Shown here: positions 22,621-32,483 of the stretch, in pieces
Layout of the letters: each line of letters opens with the position of its first letter
How positions within the stretch are numbered: the first letter of the stretch is position 1
Assembly: GCA_021648525.1 (NCBI GenBank)
Contig: JAKISP010000001.1
Location: 2,061-66,060 of the forward strand
DNA from: Gammaproteobacteria bacterium
Lineage (GTDB): Bacteria; Pseudomonadota; Gammaproteobacteria; SZUA-140
DNA length: 64,000 nt
Reading direction: 5' to 3'
The notes under the pieces: model-generated
What the model was told of the DNA's origin: nothing
The model's input: the letters and a program-made list of their open reading frames with translations, nothing else
Databases searched by the model: none
Position numbers and translations under genes: made by a program

Positions 22621-22718
22621 CTGCTCGGGAATTCTCTACCCTCCTCAAATGATCTCGAGCAGATTTGCATACGCATGGATCTGTCCCCCTCCTTTTTAAC
22701 GATCCATGCGTTTTTTTT
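22621..22718. repeat. two further hairpins of the same family; the second is terminator-like
   Basis: Hairpin D (22621-22660) has a CTGCTCG...CGAGCAG stem with CCCTCC in the loop. Hairpin C (22671-22711) has an 11-bp stem ACGCATGGATC/GATCCATGCGT with loop TGTCCCCCTCCTTTTTAAC, followed by T8 on the + strand. C is homologous to B. Confidence 0.6.
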
Positions 22719-22797
22719 CTAAAAAATACCCAGTAAAAAAGGCGTATGTTTAACCATACACCTTTCGTAGTTCGTACTAGCTTACGTTGATATCAAA

Positions 22798-25700
22798 CTA
22801 GCAAACCTTTATCCTCTTTTTTCGATGCGTGATGAACAGCCCGTACAGGCTTAGCACCACTAACGACCAGAGTGGATGCAAAATCCCACCGCCGCCACCC
22901 GATGCCGCAGTGGTGCTTTCAACCGCAACCGCAACTGCACCAATCTGCGCAGGATCTTTGATTACTCGATTAGCCTGCCCATCCATATCATTCGGACCAC
23001 CGTCCTCAATCGTCAGCTGGACACAATGGTCTCCCGCCGTCAATCCTGCAGTGAATTTTGCACTAGCGGGTAATGGGCAGATACCCGGAAGACCTGGTGC
23101 CGAGGCGATACTATTATCACCATTTTGAACAAAATCAGCCCAGCCACTGACAGGATGATACTTGCGATAGAGCGCACCAATGGGAATCGCTTCCGTCTGG
23201 GGAATCACAATCTTCACAGATTGACCGGCATTGGGCAGGTCAGCAATTTCAAAATCGAAGTAACCACCTGAATTTGGCACCGTATCCGGTGTCGTCACGG
23301 TGCCCGGATTACCCTCTCCACCACCATATGCAGAAATATCACCAGAGGTCACATACGCACCATCAGCACCAGCGGCAAAGGCAACATCGCCCAGACGTAG
23401 AATGAGTCCTGGCTCAGTACGCATAATGTATGTCTCAGTTTGAGCCGAAAAGAGCTGTAATTCATTGCCCGTTAACGTCGAGGCATCCAGATAATCAGCC
23501 AGACCATCGCCATCTGAATCCGTGAACAGCTCTATGTCATCATTAACACCATCGTTATCACTATCGACCGAAGTCAGTACAGGAGCCGCTGAGACCACCT
23601 TTAACAACAGCTCGCTGCTAATCGATATATTAGGCGTACCATTATCAGTTGCCGTCAAACGCACCTTATAGAAGCCGTCAGCCAATCCAGTCGGATCAAA
23701 AATGAAGGTAGTATCATCAGCATCATCAATTTCCACTGCTCGCAGCATCGCATTGCTCGCAATCCAACTATAAGAATGGGTATCCGCCGGGTTAGGATCC
23801 GAGACAACTGCTGTCACCACCACATTACCATCGGTCACAACCACCAGTCGCCTATCCTGCGTTGACTGAACCGCCGAGAGTGCCACATCTGCCGCTTCAT
23901 TCAGCTCAGTCGTTGTCATAGTGTGAGTATCACGCAACCCTTTACGTGCATTGGTCGGATCACCCATTGTAAAGATAATTGTTTCACCAGAATCACCAGC
24001 CCCATCATCAGAAACAGCCACCGTGAGGCTGCCGTTAACACCACTGGCAATCATAATATTACCATCCACCGCATCATGATCATCTGGGTTAGTGGCCGTG
24101 CCAGTCACCGTATAAGGAATAGTCACGGGATAGCTTAATGCTGTTCCACTCAATATGACATCCACCGTAATACTGCCACCTTCACCAATCGTTTGATCAA
24201 TCATAAAGTTGACAAAAGGAGCCACTGGTGCGGTGTCGTCATCGATCAAAATGATCGTTTCACGCGATGGCCTGTCAATGATGTAACCTGTTGAGGGCAT
24301 CAGCGTGATGATAATTGTCTCATCACCTTCCGCCGTTATATCCTGTATCGGCTTAATCGCGACCGTTTGACTATTGCTACCAACAGGAATATCAACTGAA
24401 CCCGATAGCATCTCATAATCACCGCCCGGCCATGCATTACCGCTCGTTGCATAGAAAACTCGCAAACTACTCGTAGTTAAACCAATACGGGTAAAGGTCA
24501 TCAGGCCGGAGGCAGACGCCTCGTTGATAGTCGGATTGGTCGCACTCACATTCACCCGAGGGATACCGCTGTTATCGTTATCACGATTCACCAGCAAAAC
24601 ATCATCCGCATTTATCGCGTTGTAATTAGCATCACCGCTGCTCACGGCTACAGCGGTAACTATGCTGTAATCAACATCACCATCAACACTGTTTCCGTCA
24701 TCGACACCAAATACCGTTACCGTTTTCGGCCCCCAGTCAGCAGAAGTAAAGAGTAGCTGGCTGGGTGTCACCACCCCTTCGTTCACGTTGGTACTCGACA
24801 GGTTAATCGTAACGTCATCATCTGGTTCACTTGTCAGGCGCATCGAAAATGTTACGGATCCGCCCGACTCTGTTGTTACATTCGTCTGTGGCTGTGAAAC
24901 AATAATTGATGCAATGTCATTATCAGCAATCGTCAACGTCGTATCTGCTGGTAATCCAGGCGAGTATCCACTGCCGAGCAGTAACGTAACAATGATGGTC
25001 TCTGCCGCATCAAGTACAGCATCTTCTATAAAAAACACGGGAACCGTAATATAGGTAGAACCGGCAGGTATCACCACTGAGGTACCCAGCCCTGCATAAT
25101 CAACACCCGCGCTCGCCGTGCCACTCACCAGATAATCAACCGTTAGCGGATTAGTGATCTCACCAGAACGTGAGAAGTGCAGCTCTCCAGTATCACCCTC
25201 GGCTGCACTGACTGAGGTGACAGCCACTTCTACGGCAACATCATTGTCTTCGTTGATGACAGAAACATTGTCCGGATCAATACCACTATATGCAGGGTCG
25301 GTTGTCACCACCGTCGCGAGGTCAATGATATAAGGTATACTGCCATCGGAAATAATATCATTTATCCCCGTAATGGTAACCATTTGCGGTGTGCTCCAGT
25401 TATTGATATCAAAACTCAACTGTACGAGATCAACCGTACCTTCTGTGGTTGTCAGGCTGTTAACATCAATCGTTAATGTATCGCTCGGTGCTGCAAAGGG
25501 GGCATCCAGCACCACAGTAAAGGCTGCCGAACCACCCGACTCATTTGTCACGAGACCAACGGTCGGTGTCACTGTCACACCTGGAACCTGAACATTACTC
25601 ATGTAAAGGAATACGGCACCCTCATTTCCGGTAGAGGCACTGCTCTCAATATTGATGCCGGAAGCATAAACATCAGACAGGCCATCGCCATTAATATCGC

Positions 25701-28700
25701 CAACGGTACCGACCGCAGTCCCAAGATAGTCATAACTGCCCCAGACCTCTCGATCCTTATCCGAAAAGACCGGCGTAGTTTGCAGGCTGCCAAGGCCATC
25801 ATTCAGGTAGACATACACACCGCCAGCAGCAGTAAACAAGGTCCTTCCTGGCCCACCGATAATCACATCCAGCCAGCCATCTCCATTAAAGTCACCTGCC
25901 GATGAAATCGAATCAGAACCGTAATTAGCGCTGTTATAAGGGCCGATCACAGACCAGTCGCTCTCTGTGTCTGTACGCACAATCCCATCACCGTTGGCTG
26001 CGGTGACTAGCCCTCCAGAAGCACCCGCTTTAAACAGGAATACAGCGCCTTCATAACTGGTGCTCGTAGCAATACTGTATCGTCCGGCACCAATCAACAG
26101 GTCATTAAAACCATTACCATCAATATCGCCCGCATCCGCAACAGAAGAGCCTAAATAGCCTCGAAATTTATCGCTCTCGACCATCCAGTCCGCATCTGTC
26201 ATATGGGCAATTTTATCGGCATCGGCATCATTAAAACCACTTGCTGAGCCGTAGAAAAGGTAGACACGTCCTTCATCGACACTGCCGTTATCAAAAAGCT
26301 GTGCGCCCATCACCAGGTCTGGATAGGCATCACCATTGACATTTACCGAGGCCATACTGCCCGCTCCCCGACCAGGCTGAGAGAGCGATTGATCACTCTC
26401 AAACGCCCAGTCCCAGGTCGCTTCTTCTATCACATAGATGGTTTTATTGTTGTCTGGATCCAGCCACCCATCGGCCCGATAACCGACAGGCCATAGAGTT
26501 CGATCTGCACCATAAGTCGTCGTCCACTCTACCGCATAATTTTTATACAGAAACACACGTCCTTCGTTTGCGAGATCACCATCAAAATTTGATGCGGCTA
26601 TCACCAGGTCGGTATCACCATCATTATCAAAATCATCAGCAACAACTGAAGAACCAAACAGGCCATTACTATTAGTGCTGTAAAAAAATAGCGCAGCATC
26701 CGCGATTTCCGTAATTCCATCGCCATCCAGGTCTGAAAGACCAGTGGCCGAACCATAATAGATATGCACTCGACCTCGGCCGGCGTTATAACCGACTTCT
26801 CCTACCGCCATATCCTCACAGGCATCACCATTAACATCCCCCAGATTAACCACCGTATTCCCAAAATCACCACCTACCGTGTAAATCCGTTGATCGCTTT
26901 CAGCAGAGAAACCATCTCCTGTGCCGTAATAAACACTAACATCACCTCTAAAAATATAATCACCACCGACCACCATATCCTGGGTGCCATCACAATTGAC
27001 ATCTATCATCTCTACCGCTCGGCCATGCAGTCCATTTGTGACATCAGGATCAAAGGTAATAATATTACGGTTGTTATCCTGATTGGTAACAGTGACATCC
27101 GCTGGATCAACACTGCTGTAGTTACCATCACTCGTAATCAATGTGGTTTGAATGGTGTAATCCTGATTACCATCCGTTGATTTATCATCCAGCCCGGTTA
27201 CCGTCACTGTGGTGCCACCTGCCGAAGGCGCAACATTCGCAGGGAATGTAATTGAGGCGGGAAATACCTTGCCCTCACCAGGATCACTACTGGAGAGATT
27301 GATCACTACATCCGCCGTTGGTTTTGCGCCAAGCTTGATAGTGAACGTGGCGACCCCACCACTTTCAGTGGTGGTCAAACCAGTGGTCGGCGAGACCGTA
27401 ATCGTATAACTTTCATTATCGATATTGGTCATTGCAATATCAGCAGGATCAATGCCGTTATAATCACTATCGTTTGAGACAAAGGCACTACTAATAATGT
27501 TATATGGCACATCGCCATCAACATCAAAATCATTCCTGCCCACAATAGTAACCGATGCACCGGTGTTCCAGTCAGCAGGCTGAATAGTAAAAGTAGTTGG
27601 GCCAAACAGATTACCCGACACAAAGCCTTCACTAAAATCATCTGTCTCCAGCGTAAAGGTCACGGTCGCTGTTGGCATGCTGGTGAGCCGCACAGAAAGC
27701 GGGATAAAACCACCACTTTCATTAGTATCATAACCAAAGAGTGCTACTGTGGTCATACCTGCAACTTCGTTGTCAGTATTGGTCAATGAGACATCGGTAG
27801 GATCATGAGCCGCATAAAGTGAATCAGCACTTGCCGTCACGGTGATATCAATACTGTAAGCGGTCGCCGTGTCGATAATTACATCATCAACCCCGGTCAC
27901 CACCAGTGCTTGCGGCGTTGCCCAGTCAAGCGGCGTAAAAACAAGAGAAGGGATATCGATGATACCTTCCGTGGTATCCGTTGAAACTAGCCCAATAGTG
28001 ACATCAGCGGTCGGTTCAGAATCAAGGCGTACTGTAAAACTGAGGGTGCCTAAAAGCTCTGTTGTACTGACACTATTATTGGGAGTGACGGTCACCCCCG
28101 TCGTATCGTCATCGAGATTAGCCATCGCAATCGATGGGGACAATTTGTCATCGTAATTGCTGTCGCTGCTAATAGCAGCGGCTACTAATATTTGATAGAC
28201 AATATCACCATCATCAACATCATCATTCACACCTGTAATCGTCACTGTTTGTGTGACATTCCAGTTGCCCGTGGTAAACAGAAGCCCTGGAGAGGACAAC
28301 ACACCCTCAGTGAGATCGGTGCTCTGTAGCAGGATGGTGACATTGCTGGCTGGTGCATTGCCTAACACGACATCGAAGGTCGCGGTACCGCCAGCCTCAC
28401 TTGTCGAACTACTCACTGTCGTGACATTCACCACACCGCTTCCTGCAACATTGACGACATTATAGGTCACTGCCACGGTGGCGATGACAGGTGTCGTTTC
28501 CAGGTTCGATACTAGTATGACTTTATACTGCACCCATTGATCGGCAACGGCATCTCTCAGCGCTGGCGGCATGCTTGTGCAACTAATTGCGCCTATACCA
28601 CTACAGCCTCCACTGTGAGTATCTGTCGAGTTCCAGAAGGTTGTCGATGAACCGTCTGGCCCCATCCAGCCTGACCATGCCCCGGGGACACCACCGCTAT

Positions 28701-31635
28701 CTACCGCGGTTTGAATCTGTACCTGAACATCGGTACCCGCCACAGGCAGTGTTTCATTCCAGGACAGAGCACCCAGCAGATTGGTACTATCGATTGTATT
28801 GTAGGGTGAAGAGGTCAACTGCGCCGAATCGACGTAGGTCGTGTAATTAAAGGTAATGTCATTCAAACCAGGTGTTGCATTGACATCTGTCGAAGTCATG
28901 CGAATACGATACTGAGCGTAACGATATGTTGAAAGCAGAGAAATATCACCCGTGTTTAATATGTCCGTCTGCCATGCCGTCCAGGAGCCATCCACCGTCA
29001 GCGCATCACCCGCGCGCACATCAACGGCAAGTGACGTACCGACCGGCAAGTCAGTCGTATAGTTAAGCGTTGAAAAACCAAGGTGCTGACCAAAATCGAT
29101 CACTGAAGATAAATATTCACCCGAAGTAGCATAGGGGCCAAGGTTGAATATCTCCAACCCCCGCGAACCAAGCGTCGCATAGAGCAGGTTTTTATTGGGC
29201 AACGTGCGCAGGATATTATAAGTTGTCCCGGGCTGACTCAACAATAGTTCTGGCGAAGTCGGATTGCTGATATCGAGGACCCTGGCCTGATTGCCACTTG
29301 CTGTATACAGCAGATCACCATTAACCGTAATAGGTGCATAAGAACTCGCTACCAACGAAGAAACAGTGAGCAAGATGGGCGTAGTCGGATCGCTCACATC
29401 ATAAATGTGCAATCCCCCTAGTGTATTCATATAGGCAATATCACCCTTCGCAACGACGAATCCAGGTATCCCGTCAGGGCTGAGAGTATTCACTAACTGA
29501 GGGTCTGTGGGATCTGAAACATCAAAGATCAACATACCATTCGCAGCAGTATTATCGGAAAGATAAACATACCCTTTTATGTAAGAGACATAGAAGGCAG
29601 TTCCAGGGGTATCGTAACTGCCAACCAAAACGGGCGCGGCAGGGTTAGAGACATCAATAATTTCAAGTCCGCCACTCGCAAGAGCACCGAGATAAGCATA
29701 ATTCCCCACCTTCACCACCGAAATAGTCCAGCCTGGTGTTGTCACACCACCCACCGTCACTGGCGAGGTGGGGTTGGTAATATCCACAATACTCAAGCCG
29801 TTCACGGAGGCAACGTAGGCATAGTTACCATCGATATCGACATCGTAAATACGTGAGTTGTTATGAGCGGTGCTCGCGACTAAAAGTGGAGCAGAAGGGT
29901 CTGAAACATCAATAACCCTGAACCGGGAATTAGCATTTCCTGAATCATCCGCGTTATAAAGATACCCATCACGATAAAAAGGCTTTCCGTTCAACCCGTA
30001 AAACACATCATATCGTCCCAGTGAAACTGGAGAAAGCGCAAAACTTAAGCCAATGGAAGCATCTGTGCCATCACCATCAATCTTAATGTTAGTGCCACCC
30101 GCATACTTCAAGTAGCCAATCATCGCATCAAGAAATCCTGGTGTAACAGTGCTATCGGTCGTTGCCAAAGTGATGACATACTGGAAATAACGGCGGTCAC
30201 CCAGGATTGAAACATCAGCGCCACTCGCTACCGATGAGATCGTTATCCAACTGCCATCAAAAATCGGCGTATCACCGGCTCTGACATCGACTGTTATGGC
30301 AGTTCCAGCGGGTGTCGTGTCAACAGTATACTGGAAGGTATTAAAACCATAATGCACCCCTGTATCCATCACCGAGGACTCATACGTCCCCGATGATGGA
30401 TACGTAACCCCACTGCCCAGACTCAGATGGCTAGTACCACTGCTTTGTCCGCCAAGCAGGTCCAGAATCCCATCACTATTGACATCACCCAGTGAAAAGA
30501 CACCTAGAAAACCGACATCGACACCCCCTTCCCATGAAGTATCACGCGCACCCCAGTCAGGTGCGCTCGCGGTACCAATATTGGGATACGCCCAAAAGGT
30601 TCCTGTATTCGTCCCAACAATCAAATCATCTAGACCATCGCCATTCAAATCACCCAGCGCCGGCGCTGAAAAAGAACCAACATCATCCCCGGTCTCCCAT
30701 GTAACCGGCGCACTGGTCGACCAGTCAGGGGACGTAGCACTGCTATTCACAAACGCAAAAATGAAGCCATTCCCAACCCCCGTCACCAGATCAAGGTCAC
30801 CATCATTATCAAGATCTGCTAGTGCGGGCGCTGCAACCGTGTTATTCCCATAATTAATCATGTTCGGGCCATTGAACGCGCTGTTATATTGCCATGCTGG
30901 CGACGATACGGTTCCTATATTTTCAAACCCCATATGTCGCCCATCGTTCACACCCACCAGTAGATCATAATCACCATCGCCATCAAGATCACCCGCCTCA
31001 GGCCGAACATACCCACCAGGAATCGCTGCATAATAGAGGCGCCAGCTTGTTTGAAGCGTCCAGACAGGCGATACCGCCGTGCCTGTGTTTCGATAAGCAT
31101 TAATATAATCATTGCTATATTCGCCGACCATTAAATCCAGCAAACCATCGCCATCCAGATCCACCAACGTGGGCGCAGTATTGGAACCAAGATCGGTGTG
31201 AACATTAAACTGAAGAGCATTCCACGTGGGCGTGGTTCGGGCAAGTGGCGCAATGATAACTCTACCACCCGCTATTTGAGCATCAGCCATATTAGCACCG
31301 GCCATCGAAAAATCAGCCCCCGATGAATGAGACTGAGATTTATCTGCATTTAGTGAAAAATCGCTGTCAGTAGTATGGGTCAGTGAGCGGCTTTCAGTTC
31401 CGAGCTGCAGGTCTGCGCCCGCGTTAACCACTGCCAGCGAGGTATCCTTGTTCGAATAAGTTGTCCAGCTATTTTGATTCCCCGGGTGGATAGCGTTAGT
31501 CGCTGTCGCACCGCCACCCCATGCCCCTTGATTAAAGGTACCGGATGTCGCCGCTGAGACTAAAGGGGGAACAGATAACAACAGGAGTGCAATCGTGACA
31601 ACAACCCTAAGACGAGTTTGGGCGAGGTGCGACAT
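22798..31635 (-). CDS. giant secreted adhesin-like surface protein (~2,945 aa): FG-GAP beta-propellers, LVIVD repeats, tandem Calx-beta-like domains, TSP3-like Ca-binding repeats, GlyGly-CTERM sorting signal
   Basis: A signal peptide (MSHLAQTRLRVVVTIALLLLSVPPLVSAAT) starts from the internal Met at 31635. There are at least two sets of FG-GAP repeats (DLDGDGLLDLMVGE, DLDGDGDYDLLVG, DLNGDGLDDLIVG... and GDVNGDACEDMAVGE, DFDNDGDTDLVIAAS, DIDGNGFNDLLIGA, DFNGDGWLDVIIGG, DINGDGLSDVYASG). LVIVD-type repeats are present (SIVDITNPTSPV, LEIIDVSNPAAP, MLIFDVSDPTDP). At least 10 tandem Calx-beta/cadherin-like modules of about 100 aa have the form ...TFDVVLGNAPASNVTILLQSTD...VTITGVNDD.... D-rich DxDxDG repeats are present (DSDNDGVNDDIELFTDSDGDGLADYLD). 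The C-terminus SGGGGGILHPLWSLVVLSLYGLFITHRKKRIKVC has the GlyGly-CTERM architecture: Gly run, TM helix, basic tail. Confidence 0.9.
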   Translation of the reverse strand: MSHLAQTRLRVVVTIALLLLSVPPLVSAATSGTFNQGAWGGGATATNAIHPGNQNSWTTYSNKDTSLAVVNAGADLQLGTESRSLTHTTDSDFSLNADKSQSHSSGADFSMAGANMADAQIAGGRVIIAPLARTTPTWNALQFNVHTDLGSNTAPTLVDLDGDGLLDLMVGEYSNDYINAYRNTGTAVSPVWTLQTSWRLYYAAIPGGYVRPEAGDLDGDGDYDLLVGVNDGRHMGFENIGTVSSPAWQYNSAFNGPNMINYGNNTVAAPALADLDNDGDLDLVTGVGNGFIFAFVNSSATSPDWSTSAPVTWETGDDVGSFSAPALGDLNGDGLDDLIVGTNTGTFWAYPNIGTASAPDWGARDTSWEGGVDVGFLGVFSLGDVNSDGILDLLGGQSSGTSHLSLGSGVTYPSSGTYESSVMDTGVHYGFNTFQYTVDTTPAGTAITVDVRAGDTPIFDGSWITISSVASGADVSILGDRRYFQYVITLATTDSTVTPGFLDAMIGYLKYAGGTNIKIDGDGTDASIGLSFALSPVSLGRYDVFYGLNGKPFYRDGYLYNADDSGNANSRFRVIDVSDPSAPLLVASTAHNNSRIYDVDIDGNYAYVASVNGLSIVDITNPTSPVTVGGVTTPGWTISVVKVGNYAYLGALASGGLEIIDVSNPAAPVLVGSYDTPGTAFYVSYIKGYVYLSDNTAANGMLIFDVSDPTDPQLVNTLSPDGIPGFVVAKGDIAYMNTLGGLHIYDVSDPTTPILLTVSSLVASSYAPITVNGDLLYTASGNQARVLDISNPTSPELLLSQPGTTYNILRTLPNKNLLYATLGSRGLEIFNLGPYATSGEYLSSVIDFGQHLGFSTLNYTTDLPVGTSLAVDVRAGDALTVDGSWTAWQTDILNTGDISLLSTYRYAQYRIRMTSTDVNATPGLNDITFNYTTYVDSAQLTSSPYNTIDSTNLLGALSWNETLPVAGTDVQVQIQTAVDSGGVPGAWSGWMGPDGSSTTFWNSTDTHSGGCSGIGAISCTSMPPALRDAVADQWVQYKVILVSNLETTPVIATVAVTYNVVNVAGSGVVNVTTVSSSTSEAGGTATFDVVLGNAPASNVTILLQSTDLTEGVLSSPGLLFTTGNWNVTQTVTITGVNDDVDDGDIVYQILVAAAISSDSNYDDKLSPSIAMANLDDDTTGVTVTPNNSVSTTELLGTLSFTVRLDSEPTADVTIGLVSTDTTEGIIDIPSLVFTPLDWATPQALVVTGVDDVIIDTATAYSIDITVTASADSLYAAHDPTDVSLTNTDNEVAGMTTVALFGYDTNESGGFIPLSVRLTSMPTATVTFTLETDDFSEGFVSGNLFGPTTFTIQPADWNTGASVTIVGRNDFDVDGDVPYNIISSAFVSNDSDYNGIDPADIAMTNIDNESYTITVSPTTGLTTTESGGVATFTIKLGAKPTADVVINLSSSDPGEGKVFPASITFPANVAPSAGGTTVTVTGLDDKSTDGNQDYTIQTTLITSDGNYSSVDPADVTVTNQDNNRNIITFDPDVTNGLHGRAVEMIDVNCDGTQDMVVGGDYIFRGDVSVYYGTGDGFSAESDQRIYTVGGDFGNTVVNLGDVNGDACEDMAVGEVGYNAGRGRVHIYYGSATGLSDLDGDGITEIADAALFFYSTNSNGLFGSSVVADDFDNDGDTDLVIAASNFDGDLANEGRVFLYKNYAVEWTTTYGADRTLWPVGYRADGWLDPDNNKTIYVIEEATWDWAFESDQSLSQPGRGAGSMASVNVNGDAYPDLVMGAQLFDNGSVDEGRVYLFYGSASGFNDADADKIAHMTDADWMVESDKFRGYLGSSVADAGDIDGNGFNDLLIGAGRYSIATSTSYEGAVFLFKAGASGGLVTAANGDGIVRTDTESDWSVIGPYNSANYGSDSISSAGDFNGDGWLDVIIGGPGRTLFTAAGGVYVYLNDGLGSLQTTPVFSDKDREVWGSYDYLGTAVGTVGDINGDGLSDVYASGINIESSASTGNEGAVFLYMSNVQVPGVTVTPTVGLVTNESGGSAAFTVVLDAPFAAPSDTLTIDVNSLTTTEGTVDLVQLSFDINNWSTPQMVTITGINDIISDGSIPYIIDLATVVTTDPAYSGIDPDNVSVINEDNDVAVEVAVTSVSAAEGDTGELHFSRSGEITNPLTVDYLVSGTASAGVDYAGLGTSVVIPAGSTYITVPVFFIEDAVLDAAETIIVTLLLGSGYSPGLPADTTLTIADNDIASIIVSQPQTNVTTESGGSVTFSMRLTSEPDDDVTINLSSTNVNEGVVTPSQLLFTSADWGPKTVTVFGVDDGNSVDGDVDYSIVTAVAVSSGDANYNAINADDVLLVNRDNDNSGIPRVNVSATNPTINEASASGLMTFTRIGLTTSSLRVFYATSGNAWPGGDYEMLSGSVDIPVGSNSQTVAIKPIQDITAEGDETIIITLMPSTGYIIDRPSRETIILIDDDTAPVAPFVNFMIDQTIGEGGSITVDVILSGTALSYPVTIPYTVTGTATNPDDHDAVDGNIMIASGVNGSLTVAVSDDGAGDSGETIIFTMGDPTNARKGLRDTHTMTTTELNEAADVALSAVQSTQDRRLVVVTDGNVVVTAVVSDPNPADTHSYSWIASNAMLRAVEIDDADDTTFIFDPTGLADGFYKVRLTATDNGTPNISISSELLLKVVSAAPVLTSVDSDNDGVNDDIELFTDSDGDGLADYLDASTLTGNELQLFSAQTETYIMRTEPGLILRLGDVAFAAGADGAYVTSGDISAYGGGEGNPGTVTTPDTVPNSGGYFDFEIADLPNAGQSVKIVIPQTEAIPIGALYRKYHPVSGWADFVQNGDNSIASAPGLPGICPLPASAKFTAGLTAGDHCVQLTIEDGGPNDMDGQANRVIKDPAQIGAVAVAVESTTAASGGGGGILHPLWSLVVLSLYGLFITHRKKRIKVC

Positions 31636-32222
31636 CAAATAACATACATCATTATAGCCAGCTCTGACTTGATACATCGACCGCCTACCCCTTTTCAAAA
31701 TATCGAATGAAGTTTCTATCTACCATTCCAGGCACTCTATCGTGCTTTTTTCTAGCCATCCATATAACAACAGAAGGCGATATGGCATGAAGACCCATTA
31801 AAATATATCCATATATTTTGATTTTCTGCTCAGATTTTTGTGCGTAGCAAAACCTGAGCTTTAGCGCTATTACCCATGGTTATCGGCCAATCAAAACTAC
31901 TTTGCAAGCATTATCCTACGCTAGAAGCTCAATAATAGCCGCGCCAGGCCTTAAACCTCCTTCTAAAATCAACATTTAACCAATGAATACAATCAGGTAA
32001 CAATATTCCGCATCCTAAAAGCAAAAAAGTAGGTAAAACGGCTAAAAATCACCAATTGTGATAAAGCATACCGGTTGAAAAGGGGAATATTCTACATTGT
32101 GAACCGCAAGGTTAATCATGAGCCTTCGCCAAAAGACTTTTCTGAAATATTAAGGTCAGAATAATACATAAAAAATGTAAAATTATTATAAATCAAAGCA
32201 TTGTATTGTATTGTATTTCAAA

Positions 32223-32300
32223 TCAACAGCATCATCGCACTCTGCCTTGTGTGCAGTATTACATCTTTGCTCTTGATTTCATGCCTATGATGGAGGAAGC
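32223..32300 (+). pseudogene. degenerate duplicated fragment of the 5' (signal-peptide) region of the downstream gene
   Basis: The segment ...caacagcatcatcgcactctgccttgtgtgcagtattacatctttgctc---ttgatttcatgcct parallels 32520-32600 (gaacagcatctcgactttttgccttgtctgtagcatctctgctc...ctagatttcatgcct). It encodes ..NSIIALCLVCSITSLL..LDFMP compared with ..NSISTFCLVCSISAHA..LDFMP. There is no start codon, and an in-frame stop lies upstream. Confidence 0.35.
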
Positions 32301-32483
32301 CCGACACTAACTCATTACAACTCATATTTTCACTATCACTGCCGACATGTAGCATATGAGCTAGCACTATACCTCTAGCACATTTAGGCTTATAGTCAGC
32401 TTATTCTCATCTCGTATCACGATGCAGTGATCCCTGAGAATATCCCCATCAGGACGATGCCACAAAATAAATATAGATTCGTT

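Noticed and set aside
24000-28500. Periodic DNA repeats that could be mistaken for a CRISPR-like or tandem-repeat array
   Set aside because: The periodicity is about 300-330 nt and lies in frame within the giant ORF. It corresponds to tandem Calx-beta-like protein domains. It does not have the short repeat and spacer units of a CRISPR array.
22829-31103. Numerous 60-140-aa ORFs on the plus strand inside the giant adhesin gene
   Set aside because: They are antisense to a 9-kb ORF with coherent domain architecture. They arise from the repetitive, low-stop-codon composition. They lack Shine-Dalgarno sites and recognisable motifs.
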